Assembly (NCBI GenBank): GCA_017635515.1
Contig: JAGBLH010000250.1
Location: forward strand, 8,122-72,121
Reading direction: 5' to 3'
Length of the DNA stretch: 64,000 bases
Origin: Selenomonas sp.
GTDB taxonomy: Bacteria > Bacillota > Negativicutes > Selenomonadales > Selenomonadaceae
The stretch's first letter is position 1, and each line of letters opens with the position of its first letter. The notes beneath the pieces were generated by a model. The model searched no databases. It was not told the DNA's origin and saw nothing but the letters and a program-made list of their open reading frames with translations. Below are positions 41,737-52,060 of the stretch, in pieces. Position numbers and translations under genes: made by a program.

Positions 41737-42744
41737 TCAGGAGGTTACAATTCTCTGCAGCATATTTCTCATTGATAATTTTCCTGTCACGGTGCTATAG
41801 CCATGCCTTGCAATTTTTACCCGCAGTTCTTCATTTTCTAAATAATACCCAATCTTATCCAAAAGATCTGCTGCAGTTGCATAGGTTGCGCAATCCTCAT
41901 TGGAAAGGCTGCCCCAATACTCTCTTTCATCCATCAGCAAAAAGGATTCCGTAGCCATAATCTCGAAAGAACGCGGATTCGGACTTTTGTGTCTTTCCGC
42001 ATGTATATTCAGGCATACCTTCGTACAACTATACATAAGCGCTGCTTCCACAGGCGATACCGTTCTGTTTTCCAGGAATTTGCAGATATGCCGCCATTTC
42101 CTTTGGAAAAAGATTTTTTTCCAAGGATATTTTTCGTCATAAAAGGGTCCGATTATTTTCAGATTCCAGGAACGTCTTTCCGCTTCCTTGGCCACAGTCT
42201 CTAAGATTTTCAGCCTGTTGGCAAAAGGAGAACCAATGAAGACTATATCCGTATCCCTTGGATTATCCAGCTTGGAAAAAGCTTCGCTATAGCCTACAGG
42301 AAGATACGTTGCCTTTATCCCCATATTCTCCAGATAACTCACATCGCACTCTTCAAAGAGAAATATCTTCTCAAAGTAAGGCAAATATCCTAAGACCTCA
42401 GGCCTTTCGCTTATACCATCCACAAACCAACAAGCCGTGTGACACCTATCCCGTACATACGCCAAATCATTGGGAGCCATTAAATCCTTTGGAGTATTGA
42501 CGAACAGCACTAAGTCCGGAGAAAATTCATCAACGAGTTTATTTAGATTTTCTTTCCAATTGCGTTCATATCTGATGCGGCTGCCCTTCAGTCCTAATTT
42601 GTCCATTTTCTTCTTATAATAGGAACATATCATGCGGTAAGCATCTGTATATACTGTCCGAACATCATGTCCCATTTTTTTCAACGTATCTTCTATCAAA
42701 AGTATCTTATCATTTCTTGAGAAAATGGCCAAAACTATCCTCAT
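41737..42744 (-). CDS. CgeB-like GT-B glycosyltransferase
   Basis: DIVFIGS, KVCLNIH, NPRSFEIMA, IARHGY; visibly AT-rich. Confidence 0.78.
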   Translation of the reverse strand: MRIVLAIFSRNDKILLIEDTLKKMGHDVRTVYTDAYRMICSYYKKKMDKLGLKGSRIRYERNWKENLNKLVDEFSPDLVLFVNTPKDLMAPNDLAYVRDRCHTACWFVDGISERPEVLGYLPYFEKIFLFEECDVSYLENMGIKATYLPVGYSEAFSKLDNPRDTDIVFIGSPFANRLKILETVAKEAERRSWNLKIIGPFYDEKYPWKKIFFQRKWRHICKFLENRTVSPVEAALMYSCTKVCLNIHAERHKSPNPRSFEIMATESFLLMDEREYWGSLSNEDCATYATAADLLDKIGYYLENEELRVKIARHGYSTVTGKLSMRNMLQRIVTS

Positions 42745-42783
42745 GATACCTTCTCCACAACAGTTACACTAATATGCATAAAG

Positions 42784-43920
42784 CTACATTTGCTTTGTTG
42801 GCTGCAACAAATTATCTATAAACTTCTCCTTGGCATATTCCATATTTGCCTTTGCCAGTTCTTCCTTGTACACAGATTTTCTCGCCTCAAAATTGGCAAT
42901 AAAATCAAGCATCTGTTCCTTAAAGTGGCCAGCGTCATCCATATCAATAATTTCCCCAATATGGAATCTCTCCATTACCTCCGGATTAAGGACCCTTGTG
43001 GTAAGCACAGGCTTGCCAGCCCCTATAGCAGTAAAATATATGGCACTCCAATTGTAGATATAACGCTCTGCCGTATAAGGGAGATACATCACATCCACGG
43101 ACCTTATCATTTCATACCAGTCATCCTGCAAGAGCTTGCGATTGATGAATTCTATCCTTTCGCAGCCACTGTACTTGACTGCTATCTGTCTGGCTTCCAT
43201 CTCATCTTCGGCAGTAGTGGGAGCCAGCTGCACTATGAACCTGATCCCCGGAGGAAGCTGTTCATGGGCGGCTATATTGAGAAGCCACTCCATCTTCTTC
43301 TCACCCTTGCGGTAATGCCCAAAGAAGCCAATTTTCAAAGTCTCGGTATCCTCACTGCTGACAAAAGCCTCCGGCATCATCACAGGAGGCTGGATAAGGC
43401 GCAAATTCGGCAGTTTTTCACTGCCAAAGTCATCCCTCAAGGTAGTCACGCACAGCTTTATCTTCTCATGCCCCAGGCACTTGCGGGCATAACGCAGGAA
43501 CTTCGGCTTCTCCTGGGGATTTACTCCCAGGAAGATGAAGTACACCGGCACAGAGCTTTTGAGCAGCTTGCTTCTCTGCAACGAGCGCAGATAGCGATAG
43601 GTGGCAGTGGTCAAGAGGATAGCATCTATCCCTTCCCTGACAGCCGTTTGGGCCGCCGAGTCAAACCATTTGATGCGCCGATATTCCCGCTTCAGGGAAT
43701 AGATCAGCTTCTTCAGCCCATGTACCCTGTCATAGCTGACTATGGCCCCGCCAGCAAGCTCATAGACCGGCACCCCAAAATCCCTGTCCAGCTCCGTCTT
43801 TTCCGGCACCATCATCACAGGCTCATGGCCTGCCTTGCGCAAAGCCTCGATGATTATCTTGTCAAACTCCAGCTCGAAGCCTGCCTTGGCTTTGACTGTT
43901 TCGAGGATTGCTACCTTCAT
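42784..43920 (-). CDS. GT-B fold glycosyltransferase
   Basis: IGFFGHYRKGEK, YLPY, AIGAGKPVL; within the LPS cluster. Confidence 0.7.
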   Translation of the reverse strand: MKVAILETVKAKAGFELEFDKIIIEALRKAGHEPVMMVPEKTELDRDFGVPVYELAGGAIVSYDRVHGLKKLIYSLKREYRRIKWFDSAAQTAVREGIDAILLTTATYRYLRSLQRSKLLKSSVPVYFIFLGVNPQEKPKFLRYARKCLGHEKIKLCVTTLRDDFGSEKLPNLRLIQPPVMMPEAFVSSEDTETLKIGFFGHYRKGEKKMEWLLNIAAHEQLPPGIRFIVQLAPTTAEDEMEARQIAVKYSGCERIEFINRKLLQDDWYEMIRSVDVMYLPYTAERYIYNWSAIYFTAIGAGKPVLTTRVLNPEVMERFHIGEIIDMDDAGHFKEQMLDFIANFEARKSVYKEELAKANMEYAKEKFIDNLLQPTKQM

Positions 43921-44681
43921 GCCTCTTGACCTCCGCTGAATGTCCTGTACCTGAGTTTCAAGTACTTCATAAATGTATAATAGCTGTGGAGCATGGAAAA
44001 AACCAGTCCCAGCTCCCCGTCCAGAAAACCTTTCTGCAGCACATAAGCGCGGAAAAAAGCAAATATGGGCCGCACAGTCAAATCTGCCAGCCCCGCCGTC
44101 TTGCCTTCCTCATGCATTCGCTCTGCCATCATGTCCGTGTAACTGGACAGCTTATGGAAATAATTCGTCCAATCAGAATAAGTGTGGTGCAGAAGTTCAC
44201 CGTCCATCTCACGGCTCGGCAATGCGGAAACCGGTCGCTCGTGCACCACGCCTTCCCAGCTGACAGTACCGCGACGGAACAACCGCAGGCACCAGTCCGG
44301 CCTATGGGCACCGTGCTTCATCAGCTTCCCCATGATGATATTCATGCGCTTCAGGGAAAAAGCAGCCTCTTCGTTTCCAACCACTATCTTCGCCATGCAG
44401 TCAGCGGCTCTTTCAGTGATGCGTTCATCAGCATCCAGATAAAAAACCCACTCGGCTTCAGTCTGGCCCAGGGCAAAGTTTCTCTGTCCCGCAAAGCCCT
44501 CCTCTCCCATGGGATGAAAGACGAACTTCGCGCCCCTGCTTTCGGCGATGGCCTGAGTTGCATCCGTACTGCCTGAATCCACCACCAGTATTTCATCTGC
44601 AAAAGAGGCGCTGTCTATGGCTGCTCCGATATTTTTTTCTTCATTCCTGGTCAGAATAATGACCGCCAGTCTCGATGGCAT
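43917..44681 (-). CDS. GT2 glycosyltransferase (KdtX/WaaE-like)
   Basis: TRNEEKNI, VDSGSTDAT, FAGQRNFAL, LDADER, VHE. Confidence 0.88.
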   Translation of the reverse strand: MPSRLAVIILTRNEEKNIGAAIDSASFADEILVVDSGSTDATQAIAESRGAKFVFHPMGEEGFAGQRNFALGQTEAEWVFYLDADERITERAADCMAKIVVGNEEAAFSLKRMNIIMGKLMKHGAHRPDWCLRLFRRGTVSWEGVVHERPVSALPSREMDGELLHHTYSDWTNYFHKLSSYTDMMAERMHEEGKTAGLADLTVRPIFAFFRAYVLQKGFLDGELGLVFSMLHSYYTFMKYLKLRYRTFSGGQEA

Positions 44682-44729
44682 GTCACAGCCCTCCTCTTGG
44701 TTCAAACGAACAACCTCCCAAAATGCCGC

Positions 44730-45938
44730 TCACTCTGCAGCGTTGTCATTAAATCTCGCCCAGGCCAAAGCCAGGCCCAGCACCGTCCAGAAAAACTTCA
44801 CGGACACCGAAGCTCCCCAGGTGTATTCCGTCAATCCATGCAGCATAATTCCCAGCACAGCCGCCATGATGCAAAGACGGGCGGTCTCACCATGTCTTTC
44901 CCGGCGGGACACGGAAAAATACAGCAGATAGAAAACAAAGATAATAAAAGCCAGCTCACCTACAGCACCGCCCTCAGCCAGCATATGCATGAAATTGCTG
45001 TGGGCATGGGTCAAATGCGGCTCTTTGGCCAAAGGTGAAATGTAGTCAGGATAGCAATCCTTGAATCTGCCCGGGCCAATTCCCAGCAGCGGATTATCTT
45101 CAAACATCTGTTCCGCACTTTGCCAGAGAAGCTTCCGCTCCATATGGGATTGCTCATTGCTGTCTGCCACGGACACAATGCGCTGCACCATTGGCATTTC
45201 AGGAAAACTTGCCATCAGCCCCATGGCCACAGCCAGTACACAGGCATAGGCCAGCAGCATCTTCAGCCGCTGGCGCACAGCAAAAAGTCCCAGCACCATC
45301 ATGCCGATGGCAGCTCCCAGCCAGGCACCGCGAGTATAATCTATCAGCAAGAGCCCGCCTGTCACTGCCATGAGAGCCCCCCACAGGCAGCGCCGCCTGG
45401 GCACGGTATCTTTCAGCACTCCAATCCACAAGCAAAGGAAAGTCATGGAAAGGATGGTAGCATAGTGCATATAGTTGAGGAATCCTGCATATCGCCCCCC
45501 CAGCACCATTCCGGCCGCCACGAACTGATACACGGCTACGCAGCCATTTATCAGCACCGAAGCTAGCAGGCACTTGGCCAGAAAGACAATTTTTTCAGGC
45601 TTCCTGACAGCAAACAAGATCAAGAACATGGGGGTTGAGCGATAGAGACATTTGTCAAAAAATGCCCCCATGCCCTTCACCACATCTGCAGAAAAAAGCG
45701 CTGAGACAATCACTGCCGCCCACAAAAGCAGAATTACCACCAAAATCCCCCTGGGAGGCAGCCCTCTTTTTCTTGACCGAAAATCCACGTACAAATATCC
45801 AAGTCCAAACAGCAAAGAAAGCCCCAGAAAAATATTTCCCAATGCTACAGAACAGCTGGACACGAGAGCAAACATCGCTAGACAGGCAAATGTCCCCTTC
45901 TCCATCGTCTCCGTGCTCATCCATGCACGAATACTCAT
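44730..45938 (-). CDS. O-antigen ligase family protein
   Basis: Multi-TM, TRGAWLG, R..LWQ, PLLGIG, HAHSNFMHMLAEGG. Confidence 0.86.
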   Translation of the reverse strand: MSIRAWMSTETMEKGTFACLAMFALVSSCSVALGNIFLGLSLLFGLGYLYVDFRSRKRGLPPRGILVVILLLWAAVIVSALFSADVVKGMGAFFDKCLYRSTPMFLILFAVRKPEKIVFLAKCLLASVLINGCVAVYQFVAAGMVLGGRYAGFLNYMHYATILSMTFLCLWIGVLKDTVPRRRCLWGALMAVTGGLLLIDYTRGAWLGAAIGMMVLGLFAVRQRLKMLLAYACVLAVAMGLMASFPEMPMVQRIVSVADSNEQSHMERKLLWQSAEQMFEDNPLLGIGPGRFKDCYPDYISPLAKEPHLTHAHSNFMHMLAEGGAVGELAFIIFVFYLLYFSVSRRERHGETARLCIMAAVLGIMLHGLTEYTWGASVSVKFFWTVLGLALAWARFNDNAAE

Positions 45939-47626
45939 CTTCTTTTCTCTCCCAAATTCACCTTGATATCCTCTATGCCATAGTATTTGCAGAGGCCTTC
46001 CTTGGTCACGCCATTGTCGAAGTCCACAAAAAATACATGCCGCAGAGCACGATTCTTCATTTTGATGGGTTCCATATAGGCGATTGGCTCGCCTTGAGCG
46101 GCTGCTGCCTTCACAATATCAATGCGGATAGCATTTTCCTGATTCATATCATAAGTAACCAGCATGGCCGCCGACATAGTGAAGATACCCAGCCCGGCCG
46201 CAGCTGCCAGCAGCACCTTGTGTGCTGGCAAAGCCAGGCGTTCGCGAATCAGCGGCTCTCGCAATACAGCCACCGTCGCAATGATAATCATAGCCACAGA
46301 ACTGAAGGTAGCCCGGGCCGGAAAGGTGGGGGCTGCCAGCATAACCAAATTGTTTGCCAGTGCCAGCGCCAGCATATATCCTGCATAACGAACCACCGCA
46401 AAGGACTGCCATACCTCACGCGCTTTTACCTTTTCCGCCAGGGTACGTATAGCCTGCGGTGTCAGTCCCAGCTGCTTCTTCACCAACGCGTAGACAAAGA
46501 AAATCGTCAGCCAGTAAATGGCCATTTCATCGAAGCCATTAAACAGATTATCAAAGTGATCCACGGTCTTCTGCTTGGTCAGTCCCAGCGGCACCATCAC
46601 GGCAGCATACAAGATGTCACGAATGGTCCAGGCTACAAAACTGCCGTTGAAATAAGATATCACCAACAGGATGATGAAACCCAGCATCAGCCAATGACCA
46701 TGGCTCAGCCGAAGCTGTCCTTGCTCAAGGGGAAAGCCCTTCTTTTCCGCCAGCACCAGCTTGAAAACGCGCCAGGCACAGAGCAGCAACAAGACCATAG
46801 GCAGAATGTACAACAGCATCTCACCGTTGCCCGCAAACTGGTTGCCGATATGATGCAGGATGCCCTTGCCGCTGCCCTGCTCATCGTAGCGGACGAAATT
46901 TCCCGGCGCAGCCACAATGCCGATAAGTCCCAGCAGAGCGCCCAGGCTCCCCGCCGGCATCCAGCCTGCCATGCTGCCCTGCCGATGGAAATACCAGCTG
47001 ATTCCGGCAGTCAGCCAGACCACCGTCACCGCCAGATTTTCCACAGACCAGCCGGCAATGATCCCCAGCAGAAACATAGGCAAAACCGCCCAGCCACTCA
47101 GCACAGCTTTGCTTCTAGCCAGGGAGATATTATACGGCAGCAGGAAAAGGGCTGCCGGCACAGCCGACCAAAGGTAGACGGTGGAACCGCTTTTCCATAC
47201 GGCCACTTCGCCAAAATGGGGAAAAGACAGCCAGGCCAAGAGGCCTGTCACTGCCAGCAGGACCGGCTCACGGTTCCATACCACCGAACGGCGTGCATGG
47301 AAGTAAAGCAGGAGCACCAGGGCCGCAAACATCAGGGCATTGGCAACGTCGAACCAGAACTTGCCCAGCCATAGGAACAGATCCAGGCAGAACACCGTGA
47401 ACATGCGCCCGCCATGCAGGAAATAATGGCGATAAGCCGAGGTTATCACATCCTGAAAAGACGCAATATGCTCAGTGGTCAGCCAGATCAGCGAATAATC
47501 ATAGTCATCCCGGTGAAGCGGCATCAATTCGTTCAGCACAAACATCACCAGAAAAATTACCGCCAAAACCAGCAGATTAAGAAATAGACCATTTTTGCTC
47601 TGGGACAAGTCCTTACACTCCCTCAT
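45935..47626 (-). CDS. Polytopic GT-C-like membrane protein (DUF6056/GtrII-like)
   Basis: PLHRDDYDY loop after TM1, GGR, WKSGSTVYLW, APGNFVR; coupled to a gtrB-like gene. Confidence 0.65.
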   Translation of the reverse strand: MRECKDLSQSKNGLFLNLLVLAVIFLVMFVLNELMPLHRDDYDYSLIWLTTEHIASFQDVITSAYRHYFLHGGRMFTVFCLDLFLWLGKFWFDVANALMFAALVLLLYFHARRSVVWNREPVLLAVTGLLAWLSFPHFGEVAVWKSGSTVYLWSAVPAALFLLPYNISLARSKAVLSGWAVLPMFLLGIIAGWSVENLAVTVVWLTAGISWYFHRQGSMAGWMPAGSLGALLGLIGIVAAPGNFVRYDEQGSGKGILHHIGNQFAGNGEMLLYILPMVLLLLCAWRVFKLVLAEKKGFPLEQGQLRLSHGHWLMLGFIILLVISYFNGSFVAWTIRDILYAAVMVPLGLTKQKTVDHFDNLFNGFDEMAIYWLTIFFVYALVKKQLGLTPQAIRTLAEKVKAREVWQSFAVVRYAGYMLALALANNLVMLAAPTFPARATFSSVAMIIIATVAVLREPLIRERLALPAHKVLLAAAAGLGIFTMSAAMLVTYDMNQENAIRIDIVKAAAAQGEPIAYMEPIKMKNRALRHVFFVDFDNGVTKEGLCKYYGIEDIKVNLGEKRR

Positions 47627-48608
47627 TCTTATCGTCCTGTTCCTTGGGCAGACTGCATTCTGAGCTGCCGTATATCATCTTTTTTCCGTTGTACTCATCC
47701 ACCAGATAGATGGGTCTGCGCTTGCTCTCGGTAAAAACCCGGCCCAGATATTCACCTATGATGCCCAGGGAGAGCAGCTGCACTCCCCCAAGAAAAAGCA
47801 TGACTGTCATCAAGGTCGGATACCCGGCTACGGGGTCGCCGTAGCAAAGGGCGTTGAAAAGCACCCAGCACATATAAAACATAGCCAGCAGGGAAACGCC
47901 CAGCCCCAGCATGGTCGTCAGGCGCAGAGGGGCCGTGGTGAAGGAGGTAAGCCCCTCCACCGCCAAGTTGCAGAGGCGCAGAAAATTCCAGGTAGTATGC
48001 CCGGCCGCCCGGGGACGCACATGGAAAGGAATCTCCTTCTTGCGGTACCCCACCCAAGTAAACATGCCCTTGGTATAGCGCTGATTCTCACGCATCATCC
48101 GCAAAGCAGCCACACAGCGCTTATCCAGCAGGCGAAAATCCCCCACATCCCGCTGCACCTTGTAATCGGAAAAAAATTGCAGGCTGCGGTAGAAGATGTT
48201 GGACATGTGGCGCTTGAACCAGGTTTCATCCGCCCGGTCCGTGCGCTTGCCACAGACATCATCATAGCCCTTACGCCACCAGTCAATCATCTCGAGAATG
48301 AGTTCCGGCGGATGCTGCAAGTCCGCATCCATGATGATGACTGCATCCCCCTCAGCATAGTCAAGACCGGCCAGCATGGCAGCTTCCTTGCCAAAATTGC
48401 GGGACAGGCTGAGGTACCTCACGGACGGCTCCCGCCTTGCCATAGCCTGCAATAAGGCCAAAGTTCCATCCGAGCTGCCATCATTTATGAAAAGGTAGGT
48501 AAATTCGCAGTCAGTAACCTCCTGCAAGGCATGGGATACCTCGGCATGAAATTTTTCTACGACCTCCTGCTCATTGTAGCAGGGGACAATTACAGTTATT
48601 TTTTCCAT
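47613..48608 (-). CDS. GT2 bactoprenol glycosyltransferase (GtrB-like)
   Basis: PCYNE, INDGSSD, SRNFGKEAAMLAG, MDADLQHPP, GEYLGRVF. Confidence 0.92.
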   Translation of the reverse strand: MEKITVIVPCYNEQEVVEKFHAEVSHALQEVTDCEFTYLFINDGSSDGTLALLQAMARREPSVRYLSLSRNFGKEAAMLAGLDYAEGDAVIIMDADLQHPPELILEMIDWWRKGYDDVCGKRTDRADETWFKRHMSNIFYRSLQFFSDYKVQRDVGDFRLLDKRCVAALRMMRENQRYTKGMFTWVGYRKKEIPFHVRPRAAGHTTWNFLRLCNLAVEGLTSFTTAPLRLTTMLGLGVSLLAMFYMCWVLFNALCYGDPVAGYPTLMTVMLFLGGVQLLSLGIIGEYLGRVFTESKRRPIYLVDEYNGKKMIYGSSECSLPKEQDDKNEGV

Positions 48609-48618
48609 CCCAGTCTCC

Positions 48619-49473
48619 TCAATCTGCCAAAGCGAGGAAGTTCGTTATTTCCACCTGCTCTGAAACTGCCAGCTCCCGGACCGCCGGCGACACAATGGCT
48701 GCTAGCTCTGCCTCGAAATCGTGCTCCCAGGCGCATTCCGGTATCAGTACCCTGTTATCCAAACCGGGGTGCATCATGACCTCTGTAGTCCCGGGTTGCA
48801 GCTGACGGATGAAGTCCAGCAGGTATGCTTCCGAGACAGCTTCACCTGCCACGATGCCGGCAAAATGCTCGGTTGTGGCCAGGCCCTTCCGCTCCGCCTT
48901 CCAGGCCGCGAGGCAGGCCAGCGACCCCAGCCCCAGACGCCCAATAAGCTGGCCGAGACCGCCAAATTCACCGCTGAAAAGCGGCGTGCGCGGCGTGCGC
49001 AAAGCCTTGATGCCGGAGGCTTTGCTCAAAGCCAGAACTATATCAATGATGCCTGGCAGGGTGTGCATATGCTGGTGGCTGTCCGCATGAGTGAGCTTTA
49101 GCCCTGCGCCCTCCAGCTTATTGAGCTGGGCCGCCAGCTCTGCCCGCACTTCTTCCAGATTCACCCGCCCTGACAGGAAATTTTTCACCAAGACCGTGTA
49201 ATCATCAAAAAAGACGCCCTCTGCCGTGACCAAGGAAGGAATCTCCTGTGGTGGCAGTATGGGATAGCCATTGACCAGAGTAAAATGAATGCCAACCCCC
49301 AGCGCCTCATGGCGCCTTGCTACAGCCACGGCCGACTCAAAGGCTTTGCCCCCCGGCATCAGGGTAGCCGAACGCAGGCAGCCTTCGGTCACACCTTTTT
49401 CCACTGCCTGATTGATAAGTTCATGCCGGCCGAAATCATCGGCATTGATAATTAAGCGTTTCAAACCATTCAT
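48619..49473 (-). CDS. YdjC/ChbG/HpnK family carbohydrate deacetylase
   Basis: INADDFG, GIHFTL, DSHQHMH, EVMMHPG. Confidence 0.88.
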   Translation of the reverse strand: MNGLKRLIINADDFGRHELINQAVEKGVTEGCLRSATLMPGGKAFESAVAVARRHEALGVGIHFTLVNGYPILPPQEIPSLVTAEGVFFDDYTVLVKNFLSGRVNLEEVRAELAAQLNKLEGAGLKLTHADSHQHMHTLPGIIDIVLALSKASGIKALRTPRTPLFSGEFGGLGQLIGRLGLGSLACLAAWKAERKGLATTEHFAGIVAGEAVSEAYLLDFIRQLQPGTTEVMMHPGLDNRVLIPECAWEHDFEAELAAIVSPAVRELAVSEQVEITNFLALAD

Positions 49474-49525
49474 CTAATCCAGTCCATATCAGTTGCATAT
49501 CTTTTACGTTTTCCCAAGTGAAGCC

Positions 49526-50068
49526 TCAAGCTCCCACCCCTGTATCTCGGGCGGAAATAAACTTTTTGACCAGTTCCAGCAGGCTCTCTCCCTGATAGAG
49601 GATGCCTCTGACTCCTGCCCCTTCACCGCATTCCACATCCCGCGAGCTGTCTCCCACCATCAGGGAATGCTCAAGGTCGATGGCAAAGTCCTTGCAAGCC
49701 TTATCTATAAGCCCGCTCTTAGGCTTGCGGCAGTCGCAGTCCCGCCGGTACTCCGGCACTGCCGCCTCGGGATGATGGGGGCAATAATAGAAGCCATCCA
49801 GATGGGCACCGATTTTCCCCAGTTCCTCATTCATATAAGCGTGAAGTTCATTAACTGCCTGCTCGCCAAACATGCCCCGGGCTACGCCGCTCTGATTGGT
49901 GATGACAATGGCCAGATACCCCATATCATTGACGTACTTCACGGCCTCCCTGGCTTCAGGCATCCACTGGAGCTTTTCCTTTTCATGAAGATAGCCCGTA
50001 TCCACATTGAGCGTGCCGTCCCTGTCAAAAAAGACGGCAGGAACCTGCTTCTCCATCTTATTTGCCAT
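49526..50068 (-). CDS. gmhB: D-glycero-manno-heptose 1,7-bisphosphate phosphatase
   Basis: FDRDGTLN, TNQSGVARG, CPHH, CDCRKPK, MVGD. Confidence 0.92.
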   Translation of the reverse strand: MANKMEKQVPAVFFDRDGTLNVDTGYLHEKEKLQWMPEAREAVKYVNDMGYLAIVITNQSGVARGMFGEQAVNELHAYMNEELGKIGAHLDGFYYCPHHPEAAVPEYRRDCDCRKPKSGLIDKACKDFAIDLEHSLMVGDSSRDVECGEGAGVRGILYQGESLLELVKKFISARDTGVGA

Positions 50069-51029
50069 ACTCGAAGTAACCGCCCTGATTGAGGAAATCG
50101 CAGTATTCCTTCACGGCTTCCTTCATGTCATAGAAGCCTTGGTCATAGCCCGCTGCCAACAGATGGGTGGGGTCGGACTCTGTGAAGTTCTGGTATTTGC
50201 CGCGAAGCACCTCCGGGAACTCGCGGTACTCAATCTTGCCCTTGCCCAGAGCTGCGATGACAGCTTCTGCCACCTCATTGTAGGTATGGGCCTTGCCCGT
50301 GCCGCAGTTGTAGATGCCGGAAGGGCCCTGGTTCTCCCAGAACCAGAGGTTCACCTTCACCACATCCTTGACGTAAACGAAGTCGCGGCGCTGCTCACCG
50401 TCCTTATAGCCGTCAATGCCCTTGAAGAGGCGGGCCACGCCGGTCTCGTTGACCTGGTTGTAAAGTTGGTAGAAGATAGAGGCCATCTTGCCCTTGTGGT
50501 GCTCCTGGGGGCCATAGACATTGAAGTACTTGAGGCCCACAATCTGGCTCTTGGCCTCAGGCATTACCTGACGCACATAGCGATCAAAAGCCAGCTTGGA
50601 GAAGGCATAAGGATTCAGAGCATCCTCACACTCGTCTCCCTCCCGGAAGCCATGCTTGCCGCTGCCATAGGTGGATGCGGAGGAAGCATAGAGGAAGGGA
50701 ATGCGGTGCTGGAGGCAAAAGTGCAGCACGGACTTGCTGTACTCATAGTTCACCTTCATCATGTAGTTCACATCATACTCCATGGTATCGGAGCAGGCGC
50801 CTTCATGGAACACAGCATCAATGTCAGTACCATCGAAGTCGTCGTTCTCAATGGTCTGCAGGAAATCGTCCTTGTGCTGGTAGTCGATGAACTGCAGGCC
50901 GCGCAGATTCTTGTAGTTGTTGCCATCCTTCAGGTCATCGACAATCAGGATATCAGTACGACCCTTGCGATTCAGTTCCTTTACGATATTGCTGCCGATA
51001 AAGCCGGCACCGCCAGTTACGATAATCAT
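50058..51029 (-). CDS. rfaD: ADP-L-glycero-D-manno-heptose 6-epimerase
   Basis: VTGGAGFIGSN, HEGACSDT, YASSASTYG, YFNVYGPQE.HKGKMAS. Confidence 0.95.
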   Translation of the reverse strand: MIIVTGGAGFIGSNIVKELNRKGRTDILIVDDLKDGNNYKNLRGLQFIDYQHKDDFLQTIENDDFDGTDIDAVFHEGACSDTMEYDVNYMMKVNYEYSKSVLHFCLQHRIPFLYASSASTYGSGKHGFREGDECEDALNPYAFSKLAFDRYVRQVMPEAKSQIVGLKYFNVYGPQEHHKGKMASIFYQLYNQVNETGVARLFKGIDGYKDGEQRRDFVYVKDVVKVNLWFWENQGPSGIYNCGTGKAHTYNEVAEAVIAALGKGKIEYREFPEVLRGKYQNFTESDPTHLLAAGYDQGFYDMKEAVKEYCDFLNQGGYFEYGK

Positions 51030-51041
51030 TGCTCTTCCTCC

Positions 51042-52028
51042 TCAAAGAAGTTTCTTCAGCTCAGCCAGCAGTTCCTCCTGGCTGACAGCGTAGGTGCCAA
51101 GCTTGGCCACTACCACACTGGCAGCCAGATTGGCCAGGAAAGCGCCATCCTTGGCCTTGAGGCCTCCTGCCAACGCCATGGCAAAGACGGCTATGACCGT
51201 ATCGCCTGCACCAGACACATCAAAGACATCCTGCGCCCGGGTGGGGATATGCTCCGTATCCTGCTCCCGCACCAGAGACATGCCCTTTTCCGAGCGGGTG
51301 ACAATGACATTCTTGAGCTTGTACTTCCGCATGATATAATGGGCAGCCTTCTCCACCTGGCTGTCCTCATTCTTGATGCGGTCTATGAGAATTTCGTTGA
51401 CTTCCTTGACATTGGGCGTGATGTAGTCAGCCTTGGCATACTTGAGCCAGTTGGTGCCCTTAGGATCCACCACCACTGGCACTCCGTGGTCATGGCAAGC
51501 CCTGATGATCATCTGGCAGGCGGCCTCAGTGCAGGCACCCTTGCCATAATCGGAGATAATCACTGCATCCAGGCTCTCCGAAAGCTTCTGCTCCACATAG
51601 TTCTGAAGCAGAGCTGCATAACGTGCCTCAATAGGGTCATCTTCCTCAAAGTCCAGCCTCAGCATTTGCTGATGGCCGCCGATAACCCTGAGTTTCGTGG
51701 TAGTAGGCCTGTCTGTGGTCACCAGCCCCTTGGAATCTATCCCTCGGTCAGTGAGCTTGGCCAAGAGGCTTTCGCAATGGTAATCATCCCCCACATAGCC
51801 TGCAATAGAGGTCTGGCATCCCAAGCGCGCCAGGTTGTGAGCCACGTTGGCAGCACCACCCAAAGCTTCCTTCTCGCCTGTTACATGGGTGATGGGCACG
51901 GGAGCCTCTGGTGAAATGCGGGTGACCTCACCATAGTAATACTTGTCCAGCATGACATCGCCTGTCACCAGGATCTTGCACTTATGCGTCTTTTCGGCTA
52001 CGAAATCATATAAAGCCTGTATATCCAT
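51042..52028 (-). CDS. rfaE1: Heptose-7-phosphate kinase (RfaE domain I)
   Basis: GDVMLDKY, RISPEAPVP, GGAANVA, SDYGKG, DVSGAGDT. Confidence 0.9.
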   Translation of the reverse strand: MDIQALYDFVAEKTHKCKILVTGDVMLDKYYYGEVTRISPEAPVPITHVTGEKEALGGAANVAHNLARLGCQTSIAGYVGDDYHCESLLAKLTDRGIDSKGLVTTDRPTTTKLRVIGGHQQMLRLDFEEDDPIEARYAALLQNYVEQKLSESLDAVIISDYGKGACTEAACQMIIRACHDHGVPVVVDPKGTNWLKYAKADYITPNVKEVNEILIDRIKNEDSQVEKAAHYIMRKYKLKNVIVTRSEKGMSLVREQDTEHIPTRAQDVFDVSGAGDTVIAVFAMALAGGLKAKDGAFLANLAASVVVAKLGTYAVSQEELLAELKKLL

Positions 52029-52060
52029 CGAGCAATACCTCGCCTTCTTTTTAACATCCC

